From Shigella phage ESh26: a stretch of DNA of 64,000 nucleotides. The position numbers and the translations under genes were made by a program. Below the pieces are notes generated by a model, which was given only the letters and a program-made list of their open reading frames with translations, was not told the origin of the DNA and did no database searches. Positions 28,664 through 38,371 of this stretch are shown here, piece after piece; position 1 is the first letter of the stretch, and every line of letters starts with the position of its first letter. Where the stretch lies: the sequence record ON528736, one strand, 5' to 3'.

Positions 28664-29206
28664 TTAATTCAAAATAGCTACCACTGCACTACGAGGTACT
28701 ACACTAAAATCACCCGCATGAACAACGTTCAGAAGTTCAACACCATCTTCAATCCACTGGTCTGTTACCCAACCACAGACCGAAATAAATGGGGTCTTGA
28801 TAGCTACAGCACGAGTTAGAAGGTCAGTAGGATCGCATTCTTGGAAGAGGATAAGCTCTGCTTCAAAGACTATAGTTTTAATTACTTCATCATTATCTAA
28901 GCGTTGTGCTCGAATCACGTAAGCTTTATTCTTATCATGCCAATTACTTTTTGAAAAACTTTTAACCACAAACTCGCCTTCACCCAAAACACTGGTCAAT
29001 GCTTTATAACCCAAACTTAGTTCAGTAGTTTTAATTTCAGTTTCAACCAGTTTGTAGGTTTTGCCAATTTCGATGGTCCGAGCAGTCATAAAGGTTTCCT
29101 TAATTTCTAATGGTTTAACAAGAGTGCCGTACATGCTTGCTATATCCATATCAAATATTTTATCTATAGGATTTGGGGTGTATTCAGGATTATAATTAAA
29201 TTTCAT
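28664..29206 (-). CDS. Hypothetical protein (180 aa), paralogue of 28090..28587
   Basis: C-terminal WVTDQWIEDGVELLNVVHAGDFSVVPRSA matches the motif of the neighbour. Confidence 0.5.
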   Translation of the reverse strand: MKFNYNPEYTPNPIDKIFDMDIASMYGTLVKPLEIKETFMTARTIEIGKTYKLVETEIKTTELSLGYKALTSVLGEGEFVVKSFSKSNWHDKNKAYVIRAQRLDNDEVIKTIVFEAELILFQECDPTDLLTRAVAIKTPFISVCGWVTDQWIEDGVELLNVVHAGDFSVVPRSAVVAILN

Positions 29207-29208
29207 AA

Positions 29209-29721
29209 TTATCTCATTTCAATAAAATCTACAAGTTCAGCATGGGATTTGCGGAACATTACTTGGTGTCCGCCAATGATAACTTCATCTTCAGGAACTT
29301 CATAAATCGCAATGTACATTCCACGATCTTTTAAGTCTTCACGCTCTTCTCGGGTGAACCATCTCATCATATCATATTCATTAGCGAAAGCAAAATGATA
29401 TAATGAAATAAGCCACAATGGAATATAATTTTCAAATTGTGAATAATCTTTATTCCATTTAGTTTTAATAGCATCATTAGCATTTTCAACTAATAACTTA
29501 TCATCATGCGGAATAGGAATACTTTCATGGCTTTCATAATTATCGCTATGATGATGAAATGATGATGAATTAATACCACAAAATTTTAGCCAGGTTCGAG
29601 TTTTCATAGAATCAAATCCACGGTAAGGAGTTGATTGAACGCATAACTCTTGCCTAATTTTCACTATACCACTATCATCATTTAATGCGCTAAACGATGA
29701 TTCAACACGATAAATTTTCAT
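29209..29721 (-). CDS. Hypothetical protein (170 aa)
   Basis: Track ORF 29209..29760; ATG at 29721 (MKIYRVESSF...) sits downstream of early promoter. Confidence 0.5.
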   Translation of the reverse strand: MKIYRVESSFSALNDDSGIVKIRQELCVQSTPYRGFDSMKTRTWLKFCGINSSSFHHHSDNYESHESIPIPHDDKLLVENANDAIKTKWNKDYSQFENYIPLWLISLYHFAFANEYDMMRWFTREEREDLKDRGMYIAIYEVPEDEVIIGGHQVMFRKSHAELVDFIEMR

Positions 29722-29748
29722 TTTATTATCCTCAGTAGCTATGGTGTT

Positions 29749-29778
29749 ATAATACCACAACTAACCGAGGAAGTAAAC
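29749..29778 (-). promoter_or_regulatory. T4-type early promoter
   Basis: Minus strand GTTTAC-18 nt-TGG-TATTAT between dexA stop and next ORF. Confidence 0.6.
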
Positions 29779-29784
29779 AACTTT

Positions 29785-30468
29785 TTATCGTTTTGTTGGA
29801 AGAGAAAGAGGATCGCACTCTTCCTCTGACGGAGCATCTTCAAGACCCATAGCATATCGCAAAGCATACTTCATCATCAGGATGTCTTTCGCGCAGTCAT
29901 GAATAGAATCATGTGCAACGAATCCATCTAAAGTTCCCTTTGGAAGAGGACACGTGGTCATATCACGAACAAGCAGAAGTGCTTCAATTCTGGTACGAAT
30001 ATCACGCTGATTCCAGAATTTACAAGGTTCTAACTTAAACGTATCAAGCTCATTCTCAGATACACCATTGAGACGCTGAATATCGCGAATGAGATCAACT
30101 AAAATAGGAAAATCAAACGACATTCCACGGCACCAGCCTTGAGATTTCCAAGGATCGATGTTATGTGCATTGATGTAATCATTAAATTTTGCAATACCAT
30201 CGATAGTGCTTACATCTTCATCTGATGGTGCAATATTTTTTCGAGCTTCAGGAGATTGATTTTTCCACCATTCGATAGTGCTTTTAGTAAAAAGACGATG
30301 TCCTTTTTGGCTTTTTAAATCAAACTTGATTTTAATGCCGCGTGAAACTAATTCATCAAATGTTTCAACTACTTCCGGATTAGGGTCAAAGGCAATAACA
30401 GCCAAATCAATAACAGCTGCCTTTTCACCGCTTCCCATTGTTTCAAAATCTATAATAAAATCAAACAT
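29785..30468 (-). CDS. dexA: Exonuclease A (DEDDh 3'-5' exonuclease)
   Basis: 227-aa ORF MFDFIIDFETMGSGEKAAVIDLAV... with D-x-E exonuclease motif; size as T4 DexA. Confidence 0.9.
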   Translation of the reverse strand: MFDFIIDFETMGSGEKAAVIDLAVIAFDPNPEVVETFDELVSRGIKIKFDLKSQKGHRLFTKSTIEWWKNQSPEARKNIAPSDEDVSTIDGIAKFNDYINAHNIDPWKSQGWCRGMSFDFPILVDLIRDIQRLNGVSENELDTFKLEPCKFWNQRDIRTRIEALLLVRDMTTCPLPKGTLDGFVAHDSIHDCAKDILMMKYALRYAMGLEDAPSEEECDPLSLPTKR

Positions 30469-30743
30469 TAAATTTTCCTCGCTAAATCGCGAATTTGACC
30501 TACAGTATAATCTTGGATATAAACTTTATTAATGGGCTCATCAATAAATTTTGCCATAGATTCAATATCTTTTTGTATCTCTTCAAGACTGTATACTATC
30601 TTTAAAGCTTTTTCGCGAATAGTAACATTATCAGGTCCTGAATTTTCTTGGATGACAGCTTTAACATTTGTCATAAGAGATTTAAACTGCTGCAAACTTA
30701 ATTCAATCATTAATAACCGCCTTATAAAGATGGCTAATTTCAC
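30468..30743 (-). CDS. Hypothetical protein (dexA.1 position)
   Basis: 91-aa ORF. Confidence 0.45.
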   Translation of the reverse strand: MKLAIFIRRLLMIELSLQQFKSLMTNVKAVIQENSGPDNVTIREKALKIVYSLEEIQKDIESMAKFIDEPINKVYIQDYTVGQIRDLARKI

Positions 30744-30963
30744 CTAAAACATAATCACTGATTGTAACAGTTTTCACTTCACCGCAAAAGAATTCTAATG
30801 CAATCAAATCTCGTTCAATTTCTTCCAATTGAAGCATTAACTTGCCTGATTCAATTTTCACGTTTTTGCGATTTTTACTATAAGCTATTTCATAAATTTC
30901 GCTCACTTTATCTTGAAGTAGATAAAACTGGTCTTTAGTTATTTCCACGAATAGCTTCCTCAA
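30703..30963 (-). CDS. Hypothetical protein (dexA.2 position)
   Basis: 86-aa ORF. Confidence 0.45.
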   Translation of the reverse strand: MRKLFVEITKDQFYLLQDKVSEIYEIAYSKNRKNVKIESGKLMLQLEEIERDLIALEFFCGEVKTVTISDYVLGEISHLYKAVIND

Positions 30964-31195
30964 ATTTAATCAGCAGCTTACAGACACTTTCATCTAGCGT
31001 AATTACCGTGTCTGTGTTACTGTGATATGATTGTTTTTCAATTCGTTTAATTGCTAGTATAGTATCACTTATAAGATTAAGCTTATAAAGGAGCTCAGCT
31101 CCTGTTACCATAACACTGAGGTTATCTTGCTTATCAGTATGCTTCTTTATACCATCTATTAGACGATTTAAATATTTTGAATTGATGTTAATCAT
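30935..31195 (-). CDS. Hypothetical protein (86 aa)
   Basis: ORF just downstream of dda. Confidence 0.45.
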   Translation of the reverse strand: MININSKYLNRLIDGIKKHTDKQDNLSVMVTGAELLYKLNLISDTILAIKRIEKQSYHSNTDTVITLDESVCKLLIKFEEAIRGNN

Positions 31196-31201
31196 ATATC
31201 C

Positions 31202-32521
31202 TCACACATAAAACACATCATAACGACCACGAGTGACACCAACATAAAGAAGCTGCTGAGCCAATTCAGCATCTGCATAATGAATACAAGGCGTATAGAT
31301 GAAAGCCCGGTCTACAGACATGCCCTGAGCTTTGTGGAATGTTGATGCAGGAAGTGCTTTCACTTTACTAAACTGTGATTTAGCATCCCAAAAATCACTC
31401 CACGGAGCTTTTCCACCTTTATTCCAATTTTTATAAGTTTCTGCCGTTTTACCTAAAAATAAGTTAAACTTATACAGCTCTTCATCGGATGAAATTATTT
31501 TAATCTTTTCACGATAATATTCATCATCGCCGTAAGTTTCTACTGTTAAATCCCAATGACGAATTAGATATTCTCCAGAAACACCACGAGCTTTAACAAA
31601 CGTTGATGTATACTCTGCTTCTATAATACGAACTAATTGTCCGTTATTAAAAATAATTTCTGACACAGGCTTTCCATCAATTTTATATGTTTTAATTAAT
31701 GGTTCCTGCATTACAATAATTTCACCAACGATAAAATCTTTATCAGTTTCAAAAATCTTTTTGCGAATAATGCTATTTAACTTATCAACAGATTTATTCG
31801 TAAATGCCATTACGCGATTTTCAAACAAATCATCTAGTGATTTTACGATTGAAAAATAATTTACCATAAAATCGCGTAAAGCGGTATCACCAGTAAATCC
31901 ACGTACTCCATGCCCGTCAACAACTTTATCATAAATCCACTTACCGTTGCGAACATCAGTAGCTACATCAATAATAGGAGCATTACTGCGTTTAACTTCA
32001 GTGAGTTCACACTGATAAAAATCTTTATGTGTAAAGAACGGACTGATATAAGCGGTGTTTTCTCCTGGGTCAACAGGTCTAATTTGCTTATTATCCCCTA
32101 TTCCAATTATAGTACACCACGGCGGGATAGTTGAAAGCAGAATTTTAAATAGCTTTCTATCATACATTGACACTTCGTCGCAGATTAATACTCTGCATTT
32201 AGCTAAATCCGGTACTTCTTTTTGTTCAAAAAGAACGTTTTCTTCATATGTTACCGGGTTAATTTTGAGAATACTGTGAATAGTACTCGCTTCTTTCCCC
32301 GATAGTTTTGAAAGAATCTTTTTAGCCGCATGCGTAGGAGCTGCTAAAATAATACCAGTTTCGCCTGTAGATATTAAGGCTTCAATGATGAACTTAGTAA
32401 GAGTAGTCTTACCAGTACCAGCAGGTCCATTAATAGTTACATGATGTTTCTTTTCTTTAATAGCCCTCATAACGATGTTAAAGGCATTTTTCTGGCCTTC
32501 TGTCAAATCATCAAATGTCAT
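31202..32521 (-). CDS. dda: Dda DNA helicase (SF1B)
   Basis: 439-aa ORF with Walker A GPAGTGKT and DEVSM Walker B; size as T4 Dda. Confidence 0.92.
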   Translation of the reverse strand: MTFDDLTEGQKNAFNIVMRAIKEKKHHVTINGPAGTGKTTLTKFIIEALISTGETGIILAAPTHAAKKILSKLSGKEASTIHSILKINPVTYEENVLFEQKEVPDLAKCRVLICDEVSMYDRKLFKILLSTIPPWCTIIGIGDNKQIRPVDPGENTAYISPFFTHKDFYQCELTEVKRSNAPIIDVATDVRNGKWIYDKVVDGHGVRGFTGDTALRDFMVNYFSIVKSLDDLFENRVMAFTNKSVDKLNSIIRKKIFETDKDFIVGEIIVMQEPLIKTYKIDGKPVSEIIFNNGQLVRIIEAEYTSTFVKARGVSGEYLIRHWDLTVETYGDDEYYREKIKIISSDEELYKFNLFLGKTAETYKNWNKGGKAPWSDFWDAKSQFSKVKALPASTFHKAQGMSVDRAFIYTPCIHYADAELAQQLLYVGVTRGRYDVFYV

Positions 32522-32829
32522 CGTAAATTCCCTGCAATTGGTATACTAACAATACGCCCAGTATCTAAAATTCGCCGATATAATCTTTGTGTGTCTACAT
32601 CAGGCTTAACATGTTTAACTTCTATTTTATTAAACCAAAACTTGCGTGGAGTCTCGACTAATCTCGGAATTCCCATACCTAAAGCTAGTCGATACTGATC
32701 TTTAAGAGTTGTAAATACTTTATCAGCAATCTCCCTTTCAAAAAATACAGCAGGGCGATGTTCATCAAGCGGAACTGGCACTGCAAATCCATCTTTATCT
32801 CTATACACTATCGCATATACATAAAACAT
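32518..32829 (-). CDS. Hypothetical protein (dda.1 position)
   Basis: 103-aa ORF, stop overlaps dda start. Confidence 0.5.
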   Translation of the reverse strand: MFYVYAIVYRDKDGFAVPVPLDEHRPAVFFEREIADKVFTTLKDQYRLALGMGIPRLVETPRKFWFNKIEVKHVKPDVDTQRLYRRILDTGRIVSIPIAGNLR

Positions 32830-32830
32830 A

Positions 32831-33577
32831 TTATCCTCGGATAAGTTTAAAAATTGAACAATTTAGCGGGTATCCTCTTTTCAGTTTAAGTTTATCAATA
32901 AAAGACAAGTTTTGATACCGCTCTACACCTTGAATAATTTTATCACACATATCATATTGCATTTCTGCTTCTGACAACTTTTTCACAGTTTTCCAATCAG
33001 AGCCTTTAAGAAGAACGTTCAATTTAACAACTTCAGTGCCTTCTGCTATACGAGAACCATCAATACGAGCTTTGAGTGCTACAATCGTTAGCTTAATATC
33101 AGAGGTTTGTTTTGATTTAGAAAGCTGAGAAATGTGTTCAATTCGGTTTTCACGTTTTTTCTGTATAGCTTTAATTTGATTATAAGTCTTTTTGATTTTA
33201 GCCCATTTCTTTTCATCTAAATTTAGTTTATGAACTTTTTTCGCAGATGAACGACCAATTCGCAAAGCAAATAAATCACGCTTTTCAATCAACTCTTCTA
33301 AAGTATAATCAGAACGAAATGTATTATACTTTTTCTTTACTGCAATAACATTCCCTTTAATGTATCCAACGTTATTATCAAAACGTTCTAATGATAATTT
33401 CTCTCCTTCAATACGATTATCAAAAGGTTCTCCAGAGTAAGCGCAAACTTTCTGATCTAAAATGTTCTTAATGTAATTGAAGTCTAAGTTAAAATCTTTA
33501 GAACGTCTTTTAGCAGATGCCTGAGTATGCTCTAGACGACGTGTAATTTTACGAATTTGATTTTTAGACAGTTTCAT
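32831..33577 (-). CDS. srd: Srd (sigma-related early protein)
   Basis: 248-aa basic ORF at the position of T4 srd between dda.1 and modA; identity by synteny and size. Confidence 0.6.
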   Translation of the reverse strand: MKLSKNQIRKITRRLEHTQASAKRRSKDFNLDFNYIKNILDQKVCAYSGEPFDNRIEGEKLSLERFDNNVGYIKGNVIAVKKKYNTFRSDYTLEELIEKRDLFALRIGRSSAKKVHKLNLDEKKWAKIKKTYNQIKAIQKKRENRIEHISQLSKSKQTSDIKLTIVALKARIDGSRIAEGTEVVKLNVLLKGSDWKTVKKLSEAEMQYDMCDKIIQGVERYQNLSFIDKLKLKRGYPLNCSIFKLIRG

Positions 33578-33606
33578 ATTTTTCTCACGGACGGTTAACT
33601 ACTTAT

Positions 33607-33636
33607 ACTATAACATTTTTACTTCAGCTTGTAAAC
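33607..33636 (-). promoter_or_regulatory. T4-type early promoter upstream of srd
   Basis: Minus strand GTTTAC-18 nt-TGT-TATAGT about 30 nt upstream of ATG. Confidence 0.6.
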
Positions 33637-33692
33637 AACTTTATGAAAAATGCTTTAAAACTTTCATGGTATAATGAATCTAAGTCCTTCCA

Positions 33693-34295
33693 TTATAGAT
33701 TAAATCCTTCAAAGTCAAGAGTATAGATAGTGTATGTTGAATACTTTTTATACTCGTATCTATCCGCAATTTTAAATACACTTCCAGCTGGTATCATTAC
33801 TTCTTGTTCATCTGAAACTAATTCCATATTACGATAGCGATGGCTATCTGGAAACTTAAAACTCGGGCTGTATTCTTTACAACGTAGAGCTTTTATAGCA
33901 TACTCCTGGAAATTAAACACCATAGGAGCTTTGAATTCAAAAATAACTTGTGTATTGTATTCTAATCCAGAAGCAAAATGTAGAGCTATATTTTTATCAT
34001 ATGAAGCTGATACTACTTTATCAAATGTAATAATATCAATTCCTTGATTTAACACCTGCTTAGTCTCAACTGGAACACCTCTCCAAAGAGGTTTATCGTT
34101 TGGAACCAAACGAGATTTGATTATTTCATTTAACCAAGAATGATCGTCTGGCTTATTAGTAATACAATGAATTAAAAGTTCAATTTCAGATAAATTAAAT
34201 CCTTCGGAAAGTAATTCTTCACGAATAGAAGCACGCACGGATGCATCCATTGATTTGATTTTAAAATCTTTTAATTGCATTGCTGAATATTTCAT
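33693..34295 (-). CDS. modA: ModA ADP-ribosyltransferase
   Basis: 200-aa ORF; size, position and paralogy with adjacent modB. Confidence 0.8.
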   Translation of the reverse strand: MKYSAMQLKDFKIKSMDASVRASIREELLSEGFNLSEIELLIHCITNKPDDHSWLNEIIKSRLVPNDKPLWRGVPVETKQVLNQGIDIITFDKVVSASYDKNIALHFASGLEYNTQVIFEFKAPMVFNFQEYAIKALRCKEYSPSFKFPDSHRYRNMELVSDEQEVMIPAGSVFKIADRYEYKKYSTYTIYTLDFEGFNL

Positions 34296-34915
34296 TCAAC
34301 TACCTCAATATCATACACTTTAAATGTTCCAAATGAATCGTGTAATTTTTCTTTTGAAATAGAAGTTATTTTATACTTTCCAATTGGAATCATCCATTCT
34401 TGTTCACGTACAATCATCATTAAGTTATCAGTACGTTCTGAATCTAATCCATCAGTATCTTCATATGTATACTTAAACTCAGTATTAGGAGAAGAAAGTA
34501 TAATATCGCTGATATGGTCAGAATAATTAAAAGCTTTATCAGTTTTTAAGCGAAATATTATTTCAGTGAAATATTCGGCATAAGAAAAAGAACACGCTGT
34601 ATGCAAACTAGTAGTAAATGAATCTACTCTGTTCGTTGAAAACACTTCTCCAACTTGTAAATCTTTAATGAGTTCTTTTGTCGATTTTGATATACCACGA
34701 TATAGCTGATAAGGCGATTTAGTTAAATGCTTTTTAACGATTTTATTCAACTGCTGATGAAGAGCTTCATTCTTTTTGGCTTCCATACATTGCCAAAGAA
34801 TTGACTGTTCAAAGTCAGTAAATTTTTCACAGACCTTTTTATACATATCATATTGAAAATCGACACTTTCAGCTTTTATAGATAATTGTTCAACATCTGC
34901 AAGATTAATAATCAT
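34292..34915 (-). CDS. modB: ModB ADP-ribosyltransferase
   Basis: 207-aa ORF; stop overlaps modA start; shares fold-level motifs with modA. Confidence 0.8.
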   Translation of the reverse strand: MIINLADVEQLSIKAESVDFQYDMYKKVCEKFTDFEQSILWQCMEAKKNEALHQQLNKIVKKHLTKSPYQLYRGISKSTKELIKDLQVGEVFSTNRVDSFTTSLHTACSFSYAEYFTEIIFRLKTDKAFNYSDHISDIILSSPNTEFKYTYEDTDGLDSERTDNLMMIVREQEWMIPIGKYKITSISKEKLHDSFGTFKVYDIEVVE

Positions 34916-34941
34916 GATAGCCTCCGTATACTTCAGAAGCT

Positions 34942-34971
34942 ATCATATCATTGTTAGGAAGGAAAGTAAAC
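34942..34971 (-). promoter_or_regulatory. T4-type early promoter upstream of modB
   Basis: Minus strand GTTTAC-18 nt-TGA-TATGAT. Confidence 0.6.
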
Positions 34972-34982
34972 AACTTTTTGAA

Positions 34983-35165
34983 TTATTTTGCCCAGGGAGC
35001 CCAGGGCGGAGGGTCAAGATGGTATGAAGCTAGTTCTTCTAGAAGAGCATCTGGGGCTTCAATTCCATAATTCTGTAATACTATACGGTACTCTTTCTTA
35101 TAATCACTAGAATCATTCTGGATATTCGTAGAATGATTATCTTCTAACATCTCAAATAAATCCAT
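34983..35165 (-). CDS. Hypothetical protein (60 aa)
   Basis: ORF. Confidence 0.4.
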   Translation of the reverse strand: MDLFEMLEDNHSTNIQNDSSDYKKEYRIVLQNYGIEAPDALLEELASYHLDPPPWAPWAK

Positions 35166-35173
35166 ATTAATTC

Positions 35174-35644
35174 CTAGCGATAAAAACCAAAATGACGATT
35201 AGCTTCAATAATCTTTCTTTCTTCTTCGGACATTCTCCAGCGTAGTCCAACATCAAAATGAGCCCAGACCATCTTAACAAATGCATTTATATCTTTAATA
35301 TCTTCAATAATGAATGTTTTACTTTTAGAAGGTTGACTAGCTAATTTAACTTTATCGTCTTCAAACAGGTCAAAAAGACCATATTCATTAGCTCTTTTAT
35401 AGCCTTTAATAGTTAAAGCTTCAGAAGAAGAAAACGGTGAATCTGTATTATGTAAAATATCTTCAGTATGCTTTATAATTAGAATAACATTTTCTGGATA
35501 TTTTCTTTCTTTTATATCTTTAATTAAACGATCCGGATTTTCTGCTAAAGGAATAATTAATGAGCAATTTTTATTAAGTGTATTTACTGATTTACCTTCT
35601 TTAGACATAAATTCTATTGAATATCGTTTTGCTACTTCAATCAT
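35174..35644 (-). CDS. Hypothetical protein (156 aa; mrh region)
   Basis: ORF. Confidence 0.5.
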   Translation of the reverse strand: MIEVAKRYSIEFMSKEGKSVNTLNKNCSLIIPLAENPDRLIKDIKERKYPENVILIIKHTEDILHNTDSPFSSSEALTIKGYKRANEYGLFDLFEDDKVKLASQPSKSKTFIIEDIKDINAFVKMVWAHFDVGLRWRMSEEERKIIEANRHFGFYR

Positions 35645-35797
35645 GTGATTTCCTTTTGCCTACTAATGGACCGTCAGGAATTTTGTTTTCCTGGATATAT
35701 TTCTCATTTTCTTCCATCATTTTACTGCCAATTTTAAGAAGCAAATCCATTGCTTCATTTGCTTTAGCTTTAGCCTCTTCTAATGTCATATCTCTGT

Positions 35798-36001
35798 TCA
35801 CGATTTATCCCCATAGATGTCTCTCATTAATTTAAGCGCTGAGCGTTCTAATTTCTTTTCTTTCTCAGCACTAATCATTGATTTCATCCATTCTTCTGAT
35901 TCGTTCTGCATTTCTTTATTTGCTTGTTCAACCCAACCATCATCAATATACATTGAGTTTGGTCTACTGAACCATTCAAGCATTTTCTTCAGAACTTTCA
36001 T
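35798..36001 (-). CDS. Hypothetical protein (67 aa)
   Basis: ORF. Confidence 0.4.
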   Translation of the reverse strand: MKVLKKMLEWFSRPNSMYIDDGWVEQANKEMQNESEEWMKSMISAEKEKKLERSALKLMRDIYGDKS

Positions 36002-36473
36002 TTGTTTTACCTAAAACAACAGTAGGAGCATCATCAAATTCATGAATTTTTAGCAAATTTGGATGTAAACTATTCCACACAGAAGAAATAAAGTATGATA
36101 AAGCATCTTCACTTGCAATTATAAATTTATTTCCTTTATCTATTTTCCAACTATATACTGAATCATACGAATAAAAAGATAAAGGGTTATCATTATATTG
36201 TTCTGCGCTAACATTAATGTATTCTGATTTAGTAAATGCTTCAATTGCTCTAAACGGAATATTTGGTACAGTTTCAATAATACCAATCTTTTTAAGTTTT
36301 ATTTCAGCATCTTCTGGAACTGGCATTGAAACGAAATTTTCTACGAGATACATTGGGTCACAATAACCCTTATCAATCATTACCGCTACGGTAATTGGAA
36401 CATCTTTAGCAAACGACAAACTATTACTGCTAATATACATTTCAAACAAAATCGCTTCCATAATTTTCCTCAA
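35976..36473 (-). CDS. Hypothetical protein (165 aa)
   Basis: ORF. Confidence 0.5.
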   Translation of the reverse strand: MRKIMEAILFEMYISSNSLSFAKDVPITVAVMIDKGYCDPMYLVENFVSMPVPEDAEIKLKKIGIIETVPNIPFRAIEAFTKSEYINVSAEQYNDNPLSFYSYDSVYSWKIDKGNKFIIASEDALSYFISSVWNSLHPNLLKIHEFDDAPTVVLGKTNESSEENA

Positions 36474-36808
36474 TCACAAGATGTAGATGAACAACTAAAA
36501 TCACAAGAACTTCCACATGAATCACCCGTCCACACATGAACAGGAACATTAGTATCATATGAATCAGAACTAGACTGTGTATTCTGCGTATTAGATGATG
36601 TAGGTGTTGACCAACGCCAAGGATTTTTATAATATTCTTGGGCTTCTTCATAAGTCATAGTAACTGCTTCTACTGTTCCATCTCCCATATAAACATATTC
36701 AACTACAGTTAAAGGAAGGTAGTCGTTTGAAATAGGAACTACACCTTCTCCGGGAGTTGTAGAGAAAAAATCCGTAAAGAAACTTTTAAACCAATTAAAG
36801 ATAAACAT
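36470..36808 (-). CDS. Hypothetical Cys/Ser-rich protein (112 aa)
   Basis: ORF with C-terminal ...[18 protein letters not shown]. Confidence 0.45.
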   Translation of the reverse strand: MFIFNWFKSFFTDFFSTTPGEGVVPISNDYLPLTVVEYVYMGDGTVEAVTMTYEEAQEYYKNPWRWSTPTSSNTQNTQSSSDSYDTNVPVHVWTGDSCGSSCDFSCSSTSCD

Positions 36809-37014
36809 TACAAAAAGCCTCTCTTGAATTCGACTTGCTTTTCGCCATAATCATATCGAATCTCTGCATTAAATTCGACAGAACCATCTGCGTACATCAT
36901 AAATGAATGCACAACAACTTCTGTAGACCATGGCTGCAGTTCATATTTTTTCATTACATGCCGTGAAATGATAATATCTAAATCTTCATTTGGTTTAATC
37001 CAGCGATTTAACAT
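36808..37014 (-). CDS. Hypothetical protein (68 aa)
   Basis: ORF downstream of early promoter. Confidence 0.45.
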   Translation of the reverse strand: MLNRWIKPNEDLDIIISRHVMKKYELQPWSTEVVVHSFMMYADGSVEFNAEIRYDYGEKQVEFKRGFL

Positions 37015-37040
37015 AGTGCTCTCCTCTATAAGATAATTCT

Positions 37041-37070
37041 ATTATACCATACTCATTTTGGAAAGTAAAC
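37041..37070 (-). promoter_or_regulatory. T4-type early promoter
   Basis: Minus strand GTTTAC-18 nt-TGG-TATAAT. Confidence 0.65.
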
Positions 37071-37079
37071 CGGTAAAAT

Positions 37080-37105
37080 GAAAAAAGGACTCCCGAAGGA
37101 GTCCT
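37080..37105 (-). terminator. Rho-independent terminator after soc (UUCG loop)
   Basis: Minus-strand RNA AGGACUCC-UUCG-GGAGUCCU followed by 6-U run, 5 nt after soc stop. Confidence 0.7.
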
Positions 37106-37110
37106 TGAAT

Positions 37111-37356
37111 TTATTCACCAGTTACTTTCCACAAATCTTCGTTTGCAGTAATCCATTCAGTACGTTGATTTTCTTCATATACTGTAGAATATGCTGCTTT
37201 TTCTGAAGGGAATGTCTGGTAATGAGCGCCAGAAATTTTGTGAACGTCAGAATAAAGAGGGAAAGCTACAGAAATTTCCTTTCCTTCAATTTTCTTATTT
37301 CCATCTAATTTTTGCTCAAATGTTTTAATATTAACATAACCGCGAGTACTAGCCAT
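37111..37356 (-). CDS. soc: Small outer capsid protein Soc
   Basis: 81-aa ORF MASTRGYVNIKTFEQKLDGNKKIEGKEISVAFPLYSDVHKISGAHYQTF... recognised as T4 Soc. Confidence 0.92.
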   Translation of the reverse strand: MASTRGYVNIKTFEQKLDGNKKIEGKEISVAFPLYSDVHKISGAHYQTFPSEKAAYSTVYEENQRTEWITANEDLWKVTGE

Positions 37357-37372
37357 GTAATTCTCCTTTTAT

Positions 37373-37582
37373 TTAAATTACATGACTATTTATAATAAAT
37401 TCTTGCGGAACGTTAAAATACCCAATTTTAGTTAATATAACAACATCACCGTTAATAATTACCGGAGAATAATCGGCTGGAGCATTAAACTTCCAATGGG
37501 CTCTAATATTATATCCATCAGAACCAAATGCTCGACTAGCCGGTCTCCCGGCTTTTTGCCATGCATAAAAATCAAATTTCAT
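37373..37582 (-). CDS. Hypothetical protein (69 aa)
   Basis: ORF between soc and 56, where T4 carries gene 69/segF (from memory). Confidence 0.4.
   Translation of the reverse strand: MKFDFYAWQKAGRPASRAFGSDGYNIRAHWKFNAPADYSPVIINGDVVILTKIGYFNVPQEFIINSHVI
37387..37394 (-). promoter_or_regulatory. Late promoter (TATAAATA) for soc
   Basis: Plus-strand tatttata is TATAAATA on the minus strand, 30 nt upstream of soc ATG. Confidence 0.7.
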
Positions 37583-37782
37583 TTTGAATGCTCTACAATT
37601 AATTTTAAGGCTTCTTCATGCACACACTTACCTAATGGTATATGTCCAGTTTTAATTGTGTAAGCTTTGTGGAGCTGATTAGATAAGAGCTCGTATGTGA
37701 GCTCCTTGTCATAATTTTTAAATAGCTGGTCAATACGTTTCTTGTGGGCTTTCTTAAGCTGACGTTTATTTAAACGAGCCAT
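37579..37782 (-). CDS. Hypothetical basic protein (67 aa)
   Basis: ORF. Confidence 0.4.
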   Translation of the reverse strand: MARLNKRQLKKAHKKRIDQLFKNYDKELTYELLSNQLHKAYTIKTGHIPLGKCVHEEALKLIVEHSK

Positions 37783-38300
37783 TAATAACCTCGGTCTTGA
37801 CGAGCGAAGTTTTCAGCATTTTTCAGATAATAAAGTTTAAAGATTTCTTCAGCCGTAAGACCGAGACCTTGGAACATGTTCAGAACGAAATGAAGAATAT
37901 CAATCATTTCGAATTTAATTTCCAACTGGTCTTGTGGAGACAAATCAGTAATTAAAGTTTCACGACGTTCACCATGCTGTGACTTCCAAGGTTTCCATAC
38001 AGCAGATGCATCTTTTTCGCCATTGCTCATACCACCAAGAGAAGTCAGAAGTTCGCGGAATTCATCATCAATATAATCTTTCTGATTACGCAGCCAATCA
38101 ACAACTTCGCCTGCAGTAGCCAAATCATCAGGATGACGGTTATATTCAGGTTTATCTTTAGCTAAACGAACCTGCAGAGATTTCTGCATATCAAGCATAA
38201 CTTGCAGCGGGTCTTTTTCATCACCGAGAATATCCCAGTATTCATTTTGAGCTTTATCAGCGCCTTCAATCAGTTGTGAACATTCGTTAAAGTATGCCAT
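37782..38300 (-). CDS. 56: dCTPase/dUTPase gp56 (MazG-like NTP pyrophosphohydrolase)
   Basis: Track ORF 37782..38393 begins upstream at a non-ATG codon; ATG at 38300 (MAYFNECSQLIEGADKAQNEYWDILGDEKDPLQVMLDMQ...) gives 172 aa, similar to T4 gp56. Confidence 0.88.
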   Translation of the reverse strand: MAYFNECSQLIEGADKAQNEYWDILGDEKDPLQVMLDMQKSLQVRLAKDKPEYNRHPDDLATAGEVVDWLRNQKDYIDDEFRELLTSLGGMSNGEKDASAVWKPWKSQHGERRETLITDLSPQDQLEIKFEMIDILHFVLNMFQGLGLTAEEIFKLYYLKNAENFARQDRGY

Positions 38301-38334
38301 TATTTTTCCTTTCAATTCATGGGTTAGTAGATTA

Positions 38335-38359
38335 ATTATACAATAAATATATAAAGCAA
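38335..38359 (-). promoter_or_regulatory. MotA-dependent middle promoter for gene 56
   Basis: Minus strand TTGCTTTA (MotA box) - 11 nt - TATAAT about 35 nt upstream of gene 56 ATG. Confidence 0.6.
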
Positions 38360-38371
38360 TAAGGAGGACAT

